Shown here in pieces: positions 19,242 to 29,146 of a stretch of DNA of 64,000 bases (position 1 is its first letter; the number at the start of each line of letters is the position of its first letter). The notes under the pieces were generated by a model. The model saw nothing but the letters and a program-made list of their open reading frames with translations, made no database searches and was not told where the DNA came from. Made by a program: the position numbers and the translations under genes. Origin of the DNA: a virus; IMG/VR virus record IMGVR_UViG_3300011113_000123, positions 64,001-128,000 of that record. One strand, given 5' to 3'.

Positions 19242-19682
19242 ATGGATCCACTCGTAGAGTCGCTCAAGAAAGTTCTAGCGAGTAGCTTTTCTTTCTATCT
19301 GAAGGCGCACAACTATCACTGGAACGTAGAAGGTCATAGCTTCTCGGAGTATCACGCCTTCTTGGGTGATCTCTACGCAGAAGTCTGGGGTGCGGTTGAT
19401 CTCATCGCAGAACACATCCGCACTCTAGACGCATACGTTCCTGGTTCACTTACACGTTTCCAGCAGCTGACTTCAATCGAAGATGAGCTTGCAGTTCCAA
19501 CTAGCCGCATGATGATGGCTAAGTTGTTTGCTGACAATCAGCGCATTCTTAACGATCTGCAAGCAGCTCATGCTGTTGCTGAGTCTGCTGGTAAGCGTGG
19601 TATTGTAAACTTCCTTGAAGATCGCATCGACATTCATGAAAAGCATGCTTGGATGCTTCGTTCATTTACTAAAGGTGAATAA
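19242..19682 (+). CDS. dps: Dps ferritin-like protein
   Basis: KAHNYHWNVEG, DLIAEHIR, HEKHAWML. Confidence 0.92.
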   Translation: MDPLVESLKKVLASSFSFYLKAHNYHWNVEGHSFSEYHAFLGDLYAEVWGAVDLIAEHIRTLDAYVPGSLTRFQQLTSIEDELAVPTSRMMMAKLFADNQRILNDLQAAHAVAESAGKRGIVNFLEDRIDIHEKHAWMLRSFTKGE

Positions 19683-20998
19683 TGGCTCAGTTCAGAACCG
19701 ATACGAGTAGATATCTACCTAACTGCAACACGATCTTTGAGGTCGTGATGCTTGCGGATCCTTATGGGAATCGTATCGGTCCTGCTAATCCATCAGGTGT
19801 TGCTGTTGATGCGTTCGGGCGCGCTCGCGTGTCTATGCCGCTTACGCTGTTTGATTCTTCACATAGATATCGCGACAATGGTTTGTGGTCGACATCGAAC
19901 ACGGCAGGCACGACTTATGCGTTTAGTCAGAACGAAGGTCTAGTGAAGCTGAACGTAACAACTGGCGCAAATCAAGAAATCGTTCGCGAAACGATTAAGG
20001 TGTTTTCATATCAGCCAGGTAAATCGTTACAGATCATGAACACTTTTGTGATGGATAAGCCTAAAACTGGATTGAGACAGCGTGTTGGATACTTTGGTGC
20101 AAACAATGGTATCTATCTTGAGCAGTCTAACAGCGATATCTACTTTGTAGAAAGAAACTACACCAACGGAACGTTGAGAGAAAATCGTGTATCTCAAGCC
20201 AATTGGAATGTCGATACACTTCTTGGTAATGTTCCTTCGAGCCCATCGCATCTCACGCTCGACTTGACTAAAGCACAAATTTTGTTTACAGATATTGAGT
20301 GGCTTGGATTGGGAACGGTTCGTTGCGGATTCGTTATTGACGGACAACAAATTCACTGCCATTCATTTCATCACGCAAATGTGTTGGAAACGACTTACAT
20401 GACGACTGGCTCGTTGCCATTGCGTTATGAAATCAAAAACACAGCAGCAACTGCTAACAATAGCACGTTGAAGCAAGTATGCTCGACTGTTATTTCTGAA
20501 GGTGGATATGAACTACGCGGATCACAGCAGTCTGTAGAAACTACGATTGGTAGCCCAAAAGATTTACCGACAGCAGGAACATACTATCCTGTGATATCAC
20601 TACGACTAAAAGCGACGCCTAATCGATTAGACGCTATTGTTATCCTCACTGCGCTTTCGCTTCTTGGTATTACTAACAACGCAAACTATAATTGGCGTGT
20701 AGTTACGGGTGGAACAACAACAGGCGGCACATGGGTAGATGCTGGTTCTGACTCTGCTGTTGAGTATAACAAAACGGGAACAGGATTTTCTGGCGGAAGA
20801 GTTATGGCTAGCGGGTTTCTAAACGGTTCTGCTCAAGGTTCAACGCCTACAGATATTCTAAAAGAAGCGCTGTTCAAGTTTCAGCTAGAACGTAATGGTC
20901 TTACATTAGCACCATTTGAACTAACATTAGTTGCAGCATCAGATACAAACGGTGCAGATATCTATTCATCACTGGACTGGGAAGAGATTTCAAGATAA
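19682..20998 (+). CDS. probable virion structural protein (beta-rich)
   Basis: DAFGRARVS, YQPGKS, DIEWLGLGTVRCGF; late block. Confidence 0.65.
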   Translation: MAQFRTDTSRYLPNCNTIFEVVMLADPYGNRIGPANPSGVAVDAFGRARVSMPLTLFDSSHRYRDNGLWSTSNTAGTTYAFSQNEGLVKLNVTTGANQEIVRETIKVFSYQPGKSLQIMNTFVMDKPKTGLRQRVGYFGANNGIYLEQSNSDIYFVERNYTNGTLRENRVSQANWNVDTLLGNVPSSPSHLTLDLTKAQILFTDIEWLGLGTVRCGFVIDGQQIHCHSFHHANVLETTYMTTGSLPLRYEIKNTAATANNSTLKQVCSTVISEGGYELRGSQQSVETTIGSPKDLPTAGTYYPVISLRLKATPNRLDAIVILTALSLLGITNNANYNWRVVTGGTTTGGTWVDAGSDSAVEYNKTGTGFSGGRVMASGFLNGSAQGSTPTDILKEALFKFQLERNGLTLAPFELTLVAASDTNGADIYSSLDWEEISR

Positions 20999-21007
20999 GG
21001 AAAGCAA

Positions 21008-21259
21008 ATGTCATATAAGAGCTTAGAATCTGTTATTCGCGAAGCAGCTCGCGGTCCACAAAAAGAAAACAACGAAGTCGATGACGAAGGTAATATGGCT
21101 AAAGGTGAACTGCGTATGATCGCTTCGCGCGCGCAAGAACTTATTTCTATGCTCGACGACAACACTCAGCTTGAGGGATGGGTACAAAGCAAGATCACCA
21201 AAGCTGAAGATTACATCAACTCAGTATATGATTATATGAAAGGTCAGAAAGGAAACTAA
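21008..21259 (+). CDS. small late protein, probable head component
   Basis: EGNMAKGEL...WVQSKITKAEDYINSV. Confidence 0.65.
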   Translation: MSYKSLESVIREAARGPQKENNEVDDEGNMAKGELRMIASRAQELISMLDDNTQLEGWVQSKITKAEDYINSVYDYMKGQKGN

Positions 21260-21260
21260 T

Positions 21261-22493
21261 ATGTCAGTAGATCCAAAGAAGTTTGGTATCACGCCATCTC
21301 TCGTAGAAACAGTGAAGGAAGCTCTGAAGGGAAGTCAGCACAAGATTGACGTTGCTGAACCTAAGGGTAAGATCACTGGAGCAGACTTCAAGAAGTTGCG
21401 CGGTGAAACATCAGATCCAGTTGTTCAGAGTAACCTGGATAAGGTCAATGCAGTTGCAAGCGATCTTAAGAAGATGGCCTCTGAGCCAATTAAGCCAATG
21501 GGCTCTAAGACATCAACAACGAGTCTTCCTAAGGCTACGTTCAATCTGAAGCCACCTATGGGTGAAGCAGCGAAGCCAGACTTCCTCGATCTCGATAAGG
21601 ACGACAATAAGAAAGAGCCAATGAAGCATGCTGCAAAGCAGACTAAGGAAGAAGTCGAGCAGGTCGACGAGCTTTCCAAATCAACTCTTGGCTCTTATGT
21701 TAAGAAGGCTTCAGGTTCTGCTGCAACACATACTGGCGCAGCAGCTGCTTATGGTAGCTCTAGCAAGAGTCCAGATCCAAAGAAGATGGCGCAGCATCAA
21801 GCTGTAGCAACAAAAAGGTCAACAGGTATCGCGAAAGCAGTTGGTAAGCTCACTAAGGAAGAAGTTGAGCAAGTCGATGAACTTTCCAAGTCAACTCTTG
21901 GCTCTTATATCAAAAAAGCTAGTGGAAGAGTTGCAGATAAATCACGTCATGCGGGTGATATTGAAAACAGACGCGACGTTTCACCAGCAGCTAAAGAAGT
22001 TTTGGCAAAACAGAATAGAAAAGTTGATAATTCTTTAAAAGGAATTTCAAGAGCAACAGATCGTCTTGCAAAAGAAGAAGTCGAAATGACTGAAGCTGAA
22101 TCACAGGCTGCAAAGCAGATCGCTGCTAGAAAAGAAGCGATGAAGACGCACATTCAAAAAAAGATCGCTAATAAGCAGATGTCCGCGATGCAGGCTAAGG
22201 CTAATCAGCGTCTGAAGAGCATCAATGCTTCTAACGATAAGTGCAGCTGCGGCGACACGAATGAGTCAAAGATGAAGTGCGAGATGCACGGTGGTAAGGA
22301 TAAAGAAGCTAAGATGGGTCGCGAGAAAATCGAAGTGAATCCACCACTACGCGAAGCAGAAGATCTACCAAAGAAGGTAGTCACTAAGGGTCACGAAATC
22401 GCCAAGTCTCTAATCAAGAGCAAGGCAAAAGTTCGCGAGCCATATGCAGTTGGAATGGCTCAAGCTAAGAAGTCTGCTGGCATCAAGGACTAA
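21261..22493 (+). CDS. Lys/Ala-rich repetitive protein, probable internal head protein
   Basis: two KEEVEQVDELSKSTLGSY(V/I)KKASG repeats; X-X-E linkers. Confidence 0.7.
   Translation: MSVDPKKFGITPSLVETVKEALKGSQHKIDVAEPKGKITGADFKKLRGETSDPVVQSNLDKVNAVASDLKKMASEPIKPMGSKTSTTSLPKATFNLKPPMGEAAKPDFLDLDKDDNKKEPMKHAAKQTKEEVEQVDELSKSTLGSYVKKASGSAATHTGAAAAYGSSSKSPDPKKMAQHQAVATKRSTGIAKAVGKLTKEEVEQVDELSKSTLGSYIKKASGRVADKSRHAGDIENRRDVSPAAKEVLAKQNRKVDNSLKGISRATDRLAKEEVEMTEAESQAAKQIAARKEAMKTHIQKKIANKQMSAMQAKANQRLKSINASNDKCSCGDTNESKMKCEMHGGKDKEAKMGREKIEVNPPLREAEDLPKKVVTKGHEIAKSLIKSKAKVREPYAVGMAQAKKSAGIKD
21642..21920 (+). repeat. ~69-bp imperfect direct repeat, 210-nt period
   Basis: 21642-21710 vs 21852-21920, differing mostly at synonymous sites. 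Confidence 0.85.
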
Positions 22494-22549
22494 ATACTAA
22501 ACTATATCATGCCGAGTAGTCACTAACGAAAAGCGGAAAGGAAACGACT

Positions 22550-23287
22550 ATGCCACTTTGGGGTTTTTCAAGAGAGTCAACACAGGTAGCTTCTGGTGCA
22601 AACACAGTAGCTTCTATCGTTAAGGGTTATCGCCCACTTCCACGCGCATCAGGTTCGGAAGAGCCAGATGTTGGTGGAAACATTCAGAACGCTAACAAGC
22701 GCAACATAATTGCAACAACGGTTGGATGGGTTCGTCGTGTTAACAGACGCGATACTCACGGTAACCAGCGTCAGATTGATGAAGTTCTTGTAGCAGCTGC
22801 ACCAGGCGGCGGATTCTATTACACGTCAAACACACATCTAGGGCGCCCAGATATCGTAGAAATTTTCGTTAAGCCAAACGCAAACGGCGTTATCTCAGCG
22901 AACGTTTCTGCGAACTTGTATGTTGTGTTCAATATGCCAGTTCACCTACGCGCTTCTTCGAACGCGCTGTCGATCAACATTGCAAACACAGCCGGTGGTA
23001 ACAACGGAGTGGCGCGTATTGCTGCTTCTGCTGCTGCGCGCGCAAACGTTGCTAACAACGTTCTCGTGTTCACGATGCCTAAGCTACAGGGTCGCGCGGG
23101 ATCACTGAAGGCCACTTATCATATTAATGCTCAATCGATTCTTGTGACAGGTAATCCACTTTATAATCCAGAACAGGGAACAACCCATGCAGCTAACCTC
23201 GTAATCACAGGTGCAGTTGCTAACGGATTGTCAAACGGCTGGGGTGCTCGTATTACTGACTTCACAGTATCACCAAGAGGCGTTTAA
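22550..23287 (+). CDS. probable virion structural protein
   Basis: MPLWG start, Asn/Ala/Gly-rich; CTAAATA late-like element upstream. Confidence 0.65.
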   Translation: MPLWGFSRESTQVASGANTVASIVKGYRPLPRASGSEEPDVGGNIQNANKRNIIATTVGWVRRVNRRDTHGNQRQIDEVLVAAAPGGGFYYTSNTHLGRPDIVEIFVKPNANGVISANVSANLYVVFNMPVHLRASSNALSINIANTAGGNNGVARIAASAAARANVANNVLVFTMPKLQGRAGSLKATYHINAQSILVTGNPLYNPEQGTTHAANLVITGAVANGLSNGWGARITDFTVSPRGV

Positions 23288-23305
23288 TAGGATCGGAGTC
23301 GCTAG

Positions 23306-23686
23306 ATGGCTGACAAAAAGGTTACACAACTTACATCATTGACGACCACAGCGGCTCCAGATCTGCTGATGATCGTTGATGATCCAACGGGAACACCAGT
23401 ATCGAAGAAGATCACAGTAAAGAACTTCTTCGCTACTGTTCCCTCTAATACCGTATTTACTGCAAACGTAACTGCTTCTGGAAACAGAGTGCAGCTTGCG
23501 TCGAATGTAAACATCACCAAAACTCTTACAGCTAACACAGTCAAAATCACGTTTGGTTCTACACCAGCATCAAACAACGCAACGACTGTGGGTATGGCTG
23601 TAGGAGAGATGCGTTTTACTAATACATATCTTTACATTGCAGTAAACGCAACAACGATTAAGAGAGTAGCACTGAGCACGTTTTGA
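23306..23686 (+). CDS. probable virion structural protein
   Basis: MADKKVTQLT N-terminus, YLYIAV...KRVALSTF C-terminus. Confidence 0.65.
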   Translation: MADKKVTQLTSLTTTAAPDLLMIVDDPTGTPVSKKITVKNFFATVPSNTVFTANVTASGNRVQLASNVNITKTLTANTVKITFGSTPASNNATTVGMAVGEMRFTNTYLYIAVNATTIKRVALSTF

Positions 23687-24132
23687 TGATTGAGCCAATA
23701 CTTGAATTCTTGAAACAAAATAATGCAGCGAGCAATGGTCATAGCGGTCGTAACCTCATCGATCACTTAGTTGGGACCGCAGACCTACTAGCTCAATGGA
23801 ACTGTGATATGGATGTAGTATTGGCTGGCTTGTGTCATTCAGTGTACGGTACAGATTCATATCATACCGTTACCATAGATCATTCTAGGCGTGATGAGAT
23901 ACGCGCTTTGATTGGAGAAAGAGCAGAACGACTTGCGTGGGAATTTGGTAACAGAAAAAACCCACGCATCGTTTCGTTCTTACAGAATAATGAAATAGAC
24001 CTGATAGTTATTGAGTGCGCGAATCTGATCGAGCAACAAGTTGATCCTAGCCAATTAGCTGCTGCGACTGTTGTACAACTACCTGATAATGTTCAAAGAG
24101 CCGTTAACGATTACTTGGGGACATATCACTGA
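23683..24132 (+). CDS. HD-like protein (DUF6817-like)
   Basis: HSGRNLIDHL, AGLCHSVYGT, IGERAERL. Confidence 0.7.
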   Translation: MMIEPILEFLKQNNAASNGHSGRNLIDHLVGTADLLAQWNCDMDVVLAGLCHSVYGTDSYHTVTIDHSRRDEIRALIGERAERLAWEFGNRKNPRIVSFLQNNEIDLIVIECANLIEQQVDPSQLAAATVVQLPDNVQRAVNDYLGTYH

Positions 24133-24467
24133 TGTCAATAGAAGCAGCAGGATCATACGTTACAGCCAAAGCAGTATCCGCAGCAGGAGGAATGTTTGGT
24201 GGACTAGCAATGTTTGCGTTCATGAAACCTAAATCAATTTTAGACGCAACTATTCGCGGCGGCGTCTGCACAGGATCTGCTATCATATTCGCTCCCGTTC
24301 TTTGCGAGTATTTCGAAACATCACAATCAACGAATCATCTTCTAGCTGCTGGAGCAGTTATTGGGTTCTTAGCATGGGGCGTGCTGTCTATGACGGCGCG
24401 CTTTTTCATTAAGGCTGAAGCATCTAACAAAGATATTGTAGAGGCTGCAAAAGAAATAAAAAAGTGA
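24132..24467 (+). CDS. 3-TM membrane protein, holin-like
   Basis: three hydrophobic segments, charged C-terminus. Confidence 0.55.
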   Translation: MSIEAAGSYVTAKAVSAAGGMFGGLAMFAFMKPKSILDATIRGGVCTGSAIIFAPVLCEYFETSQSTNHLLAAGAVIGFLAWGVLSMTARFFIKAEASNKDIVEAAKEIKK

Positions 24468-24468
24468 G

Positions 24469-24858
24469 ATGAAAGGTAAATTGGACGATTCAAATTTCTT
24501 TCTTTATGCTGCACATCATTATCTAAATCCATGTGTGGACGAGCAAGAGTTCTTAGATGATTTGAACAGGATCAAGAACATTCGTAGGCTGATTGGTCGT
24601 TATGAAAAACACGGCGAGCTGAAGGAGCGATTGATACTGAATCATCTAATGGTGCTCTATAATGTGTTTGAACATAAAGCTATGACGCGAATGCTTGCGT
24701 TTAGGCTGTATGAGTTCTTACCCATACTCAAACCGTTTTTACTCTTGCTGAACTACTGGCCTGAGAAGATAACCGATATAGGATCAACTTGCGAAACGAT
24801 CAGATCAAACGATATCATCATGGATATGCGAGTAGTCGAAATCTTGAGGAAAATCTAA
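24469..24858 (+). CDS. conserved T4-like hypothetical protein
   Basis: YAAHHYLNP...EFLDDL...LKERLILNH. Confidence 0.75.
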   Translation: MKGKLDDSNFFLYAAHHYLNPCVDEQEFLDDLNRIKNIRRLIGRYEKHGELKERLILNHLMVLYNVFEHKAMTRMLAFRLYEFLPILKPFLLLLNYWPEKITDIGSTCETIRSNDIIMDMRVVEILRKI

Positions 24859-25172
24859 TGATCAAAGAAGATATGGGTGGAGGATTAGGTGGTGCACCTG
24901 GAAGCCCAACGACTAGCGGCATCGCTAACGTAGCAGGAGCGAACGTAAGCACTGATCCTGTTCACTGGAGCAAGCGTCAGCCTAAGATGGGCCCTAAGGG
25001 AACAATGAAGAAGTATGGTCAGCCTATGGTGTTCAAGGCTGTGCTTCGTCGTAAAGAAACTAACGAAGCAACTGTATACTATAAAGCTCTGGGTAAGCGC
25101 GTGAAGGCTGTAAGTCGCACCAGTGCCATGGGTAACGGAAGTGATGGATCGGGAGGAAACGGAGGGACATAG
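24858..25172 (+). CDS. hypothetical Gly-rich protein
   Basis: TAATG coupling to upstream gene. Confidence 0.6.
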   Translation: MIKEDMGGGLGGAPGSPTTSGIANVAGANVSTDPVHWSKRQPKMGPKGTMKKYGQPMVFKAVLRRKETNEATVYYKALGKRVKAVSRTSAMGNGSDGSGGNGGT

Positions 25173-25175
25173 CAC

Positions 25176-25637
25176 ATGGGTATAGGCATCAAGATAGCTA
25201 TAGCAGCTATCCTTTTTTCTGTTGTTTCTGGTGGATACTTCTACATTCAAGCTCTACAGGGTAAGCTAGAGGCGGCTGCTGAAGTGCAGCAGCGTATGGA
25301 AGGTGTGATCACCCAGCAGAAGATTGTAATGGAGCAGACCCAGCGCGACTTGAAACTCATGAACGAAATCAATCAGGATGTAGCCGAAAAGGCTCAGGCT
25401 GCACAGAATGAAGTTAACAATCTAAGCCGCAAACTGTCTCGTCTTGATAGCCTATCTAAGGCCCCTCCTAGCGAAACTGAAATGCGCGTCAATCGCGGAA
25501 CGCGAGATGCTTTGCGTTGTAATGAAATCGTGACCGGTTCACCATTGACAGCTGATGAACTAAGTGGTAAGATTAAGAATAATGTGTGCAATGACCTAAT
25601 CCAATCACTCCTACCAAAGAAGGAGCCAGCAAAATGA
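25176..25637 (+). CDS. i-spanin (Rz-like)
   Basis: N-terminal TM plus periplasmic coiled coil. Confidence 0.75.
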   Translation: MGIGIKIAIAAILFSVVSGGYFYIQALQGKLEAAAEVQQRMEGVITQQKIVMEQTQRDLKLMNEINQDVAEKAQAAQNEVNNLSRKLSRLDSLSKAPPSETEMRVNRGTRDALRCNEIVTGSPLTADELSGKIKNNVCNDLIQSLLPKKEPAK

Positions 25638-25975
25638 AAATCGTAGTTGCTGGATTGTGCGCCATGCTACTGGCTGGATGTAGCGAAACAGTGAAAGTGT
25701 TTGATAAGCCAGTATTGGTTGATAGAGCACAACTGATCCTTCCTCCAGTTCAGCCTATCAATCAGGGTGAGATGAAATGGATTGTTATTACCCCTGAGAA
25801 TTATGCTTCTAAAGTGAAAGAGCTGAGTGGAAGAGGCGATGTAGTCCTGTTCGCTCTTAACTCTCAAGGCTACCAGACGTTGTCTATGAACGTGGCTGAG
25901 ATGCGTAAGCATATTCAGCAACAGAACGCCGTGATCGCAGCCTATAAAGAATATTACAAACAGGATAAGAAATAG
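25634..25975 (+). CDS. o-spanin (Rz1-like lipoprotein)
   Basis: LLAGC lipobox, overlaps i-spanin. Confidence 0.75.
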   Translation: MKIVVAGLCAMLLAGCSETVKVFDKPVLVDRAQLILPPVQPINQGEMKWIVITPENYASKVKELSGRGDVVLFALNSQGYQTLSMNVAEMRKHIQQQNAVIAAYKEYYKQDKK

Positions 25976-25977
25976 TC

Positions 25978-26006
25978 TTGACAATCTTCCTTGAGCTTAT
26001 TATAAT
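25978..26006 (+). promoter_or_regulatory. perfect sigma70 promoter for primase
   Basis: TTGACA-N17-TATAAT. Confidence 0.8.
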
Positions 26007-26012
26007 GAACCT

Positions 26013-27020
26013 ATGTCTACTATCACTGATCACAAATATGCACAGATGATCTCGCACAAGCTTCTGCTGTTCAAGCGGAAGTCTGAGCGGGTCTATAACT
26101 TCCGCTGTCCTTTCTGTGGCGACTCACAGAAGAACAAATTGAAAACCAGAGGCTACCTGTTTGAGAAATCAGGTGGACTCATTTACAAGTGTCACAATTG
26201 CGATGTCGGTACTAATCTTGGTAAACTTATTGAGCTCGTTGATCCTGGTCTGGCCAAAGCGTACAGACTAGAGTCCTACAAAGAAAAAGTTTCTTCCAGC
26301 ACAGAAAGCGAAGCGTTCCTGATCCCTAAGACGGAAAAGGAACGTCCTTCTATCATTCTTGACGAGATGCTTCCGCGTCTCGATCAACTTCCTGCGCATC
26401 ATCGCGCAGTGCAATATGCCAAGTCGCGTAGTCTACCGAAAGATCGTTGGAATGATCTATACTACGCGCGAGATTTCAAAGAACTCGAAACGTTGAATCC
26501 AGCCTATGAGGGGCGTTTGGCATCAGACGAACGGCTAGTGATTCCGTTTCGACGCGAGGATAGGTTGCTCACTGGCGTTACAGGTCGCGCTATGGGTAAC
26601 TCATCCTTGCGATATGTTACCATCAGGATCACTGATGATCCGTTGATCTATGGTCTCGATCGCGTGATGCGTGGTAAAACTATATACGTCGTGGAAGGTC
26701 CTATTGACAGCATGTTCCTTGATAATGCTATCGCTGCCGGCGGGACTGACTTCCAACGAGCTCTATATAGTTTGAACGGCGAAAATGTTGTTCTTGTGTT
26801 CGACAACCAGCCGCGCAACAAGCAAGTTGTAAAGCGTGTCGAATCATATGTTCAACGTGGATACCCTATGGTTATATGGAACTCAAGCTGGACATATAAA
26901 GATATCAATGATGCTATACTCTCAGGACTTAGTGTTTCAGCAGTTGAGCATATACTAAATAAATCCACGTTTAAGGGTCTAGCTCTTAAACTCGCAATCC
27001 GAGATTGGAAAAAGTGCTAA
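26013..27020 (+). CDS. 61: DNA primase (gp61)
   Basis: CPFCGDS/CHNC zinc finger, VVEGPIDSMF TOPRIM, KDIND. Confidence 0.96.
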   Translation: MSTITDHKYAQMISHKLLLFKRKSERVYNFRCPFCGDSQKNKLKTRGYLFEKSGGLIYKCHNCDVGTNLGKLIELVDPGLAKAYRLESYKEKVSSSTESEAFLIPKTEKERPSIILDEMLPRLDQLPAHHRAVQYAKSRSLPKDRWNDLYYARDFKELETLNPAYEGRLASDERLVIPFRREDRLLTGVTGRAMGNSSLRYVTIRITDDPLIYGLDRVMRGKTIYVVEGPIDSMFLDNAIAAGGTDFQRALYSLNGENVVLVFDNQPRNKQVVKRVESYVQRGYPMVIWNSSWTYKDINDAILSGLSVSAVEHILNKSTFKGLALKLAIRDWKKC

Positions 27021-27080
27021 CGCAGACTCATACTCTGCGAACGGATAACTATTGTCTAAGAAGAAAAAACGGAGTTCCAT

Positions 27081-28988
27081 ATGTCTAATTCTCTACCGAC
27101 CCTCTATCAACAGTTTATTCATCTTTCGCGTTATTCTAGATTCTTGTGGGACGAGGGTCGTCGAGAAACTTGGAATGAAACGATTAGTCGTTTCTTTGAC
27201 TTCTTCGAAACGCATCTCAAGGATCAGCACAACTACGATATCAAGAAATATCGTGCTGGTCTCGAAGAAGCAGTTCTTTCGCAGAAGGTTATGCCTTCCA
27301 TGCGTTGCGTTATGACAGCAGGCGAAGCGCTCAAGCGCGAGAACGTCGCAGCATATAATTGCTCGTACGTCGCAGTCAATACGCCGCGAGCTTTCGATGA
27401 GATTCTATATGTTCTTATGAACGGAACGGGTGTAGGATTCTCAGTAGAATCAAAAGACGTTGAACAGCTACCTATCATTGCAGAAGATTTCCATCCCTCA
27501 GATACAACCATTTTCGTAGCCGACTCTAAGCTAGGTTGGGCTAAAGCTCTCAAAGAACTCATTCATCTTCTCTACTCTGGACAAATTCCTAAATGGGATC
27601 TCAGCAAGATTCGTCCAGCAGGAACTCCTCTTAAGACGTTTGGTGGTCGCGCTTCAGGTCCTAAGCCTCTCGATGCTCTTTTCAATTTCTGCGTTGATAT
27701 CTTCAAGAAGGCCGCTGGTCGTCGTTTGAATACGCTGGAAGCACACGACATCGTTTGTAAGATTGCTGACATCGTTGTCGTTGGTGGTGTTCGCCGTTCT
27801 GCTCTTATCTCTCTGTCAGATCTGAACGATGACCGTATGCGTATAGCCAAATCTGGTCAGTGGTGGGAAAACGATTCGCAGCGCGCACTTGCTAACAACT
27901 CAGCCGTGTACAAAGAAAAGCCAGACATGGGTTTGTTCATGGAAGAGTGGAAGTCTCTCTATGAGTCGAAGTCTGGTGAGCGTGGTATCTTCAATCGTGC
28001 TTCTGCAAGAGCTACTGTAATCAAGCACGGTCGTCGCGATCCGAACTATGAGTTCGGTACTAATCCTTGCTCCGAGATCATTCTACGCGATAAGGAGTTC
28101 TGTAATCTTACTGAAGTTATCATTCGCGAAACCGACACTCTCGAAACACTGAAGGAAAAGGTCTATTGGGCTACTATCCTTGGCACATGGCAGTCAACGC
28201 TGACGAACTTCCGTTATCTGTCTTCAGCGTGGAAGAAGAACTGTGAAGAAGAGCGTTTGCTTGGTGTATCTCTAACAGGAATCATGGACAATGACCTCAC
28301 AAACGGAAAGCTCCCAGGCCTTAGCGATCGCTTGGAACAGCTTCGTGAAGTTGCAGTCGCCGCGAATGCAAAGGTTGCTAAGGAGCTGGGTATTCCAGTA
28401 TCTGCTGCTGTTACCTGTGTTAAGCCTTCTGGCACTGTTAGTCAGCTTTGCGATAGTGCTTCTGGCATTCATGCTCGCCACAGTCCTTACTATATCCGTA
28501 CCGTTAGAGCTGATAAGAAAGATCCGCTCGCTGCACTGATGATTGATGCTGGTGTTCCAGTTGAAGATTGTGTGATGCGCCCAGACAACGTCTATGTGTT
28601 CTCTTTCCCAATGAAGGCTCCTGAGAACGCAGTGTTCCGCACAGACATGAGCGCAATCGAGCAGTTGGAACTTTGGGTTACGTATCAGGATCACTGGTGC
28701 GAGCACAAGCCTTCTGTCACTATCTCCGTCAAGGAACATGAGTGGCTCGACGTTGGTGCATGGGTCTATAATCACTTCGACAAGATGTCTGGTGTTTCGT
28801 TCCTTCCGTTCAGCGATCACGTTTATAAGCAGGCTCCTTATCAGGATTGCTCGAAGGAAGAGTACGAAGAATTCGCAGCTAAGATGCCTAAGATTATTGA
28901 TTGGGCCAAGCTCAGAGATTATGAAAAGACTGATACTACGACAGGAGCGCAGGAACTTGCTTGCGTGGCTGGCGGGTGTGAGATCTGA
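27081..28988 (+). CDS. nrdJ: class II (adenosylcobalamin) ribonucleotide reductase
   Basis: TNPCSEI, FCNLTE, TCVKPSGTVSQL, C-terminal ACVAGGCEI. Confidence 0.93.
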   Translation: MSNSLPTLYQQFIHLSRYSRFLWDEGRRETWNETISRFFDFFETHLKDQHNYDIKKYRAGLEEAVLSQKVMPSMRCVMTAGEALKRENVAAYNCSYVAVNTPRAFDEILYVLMNGTGVGFSVESKDVEQLPIIAEDFHPSDTTIFVADSKLGWAKALKELIHLLYSGQIPKWDLSKIRPAGTPLKTFGGRASGPKPLDALFNFCVDIFKKAAGRRLNTLEAHDIVCKIADIVVVGGVRRSALISLSDLNDDRMRIAKSGQWWENDSQRALANNSAVYKEKPDMGLFMEEWKSLYESKSGERGIFNRASARATVIKHGRRDPNYEFGTNPCSEIILRDKEFCNLTEVIIRETDTLETLKEKVYWATILGTWQSTLTNFRYLSSAWKKNCEEERLLGVSLTGIMDNDLTNGKLPGLSDRLEQLREVAVAANAKVAKELGIPVSAAVTCVKPSGTVSQLCDSASGIHARHSPYYIRTVRADKKDPLAALMIDAGVPVEDCVMRPDNVYVFSFPMKAPENAVFRTDMSAIEQLELWVTYQDHWCEHKPSVTISVKEHEWLDVGAWVYNHFDKMSGVSFLPFSDHVYKQAPYQDCSKEEYEEFAAKMPKIIDWAKLRDYEKTDTTTGAQELACVAGGCEI

Positions 28989-28990
28989 GC

Positions 28991-29146
28991 ATGGCAGAAA
29001 AAGATCTGTCCTGCCCTTGCGGAGAATACGATTATACAGTGATATACGAAAAACGTGGAAAGAAAGCTACTCCTCAGTTCTGTCCCTTTTGTGGGGCAGA
29101 CGCTGAGGAAGACGAGATACAAGAGTTAGAGGAAGATGATGAATAG
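28991..29146 (+). CDS. 51-aa zinc-ribbon protein with acidic tail (not in track)
   Basis: CPCG...FCPFCG...EEDDE. Confidence 0.7.
   Translation: MAEKDLSCPCGEYDYTVIYEKRGKKATPQFCPFCGADAEEDEIQELEEDDE

Noticed and set aside
1603-28988. Introns or inteins in gp43, uvsX, gp41, gp61 or nrdJ
   Set aside because: All are uninterrupted and of normal length
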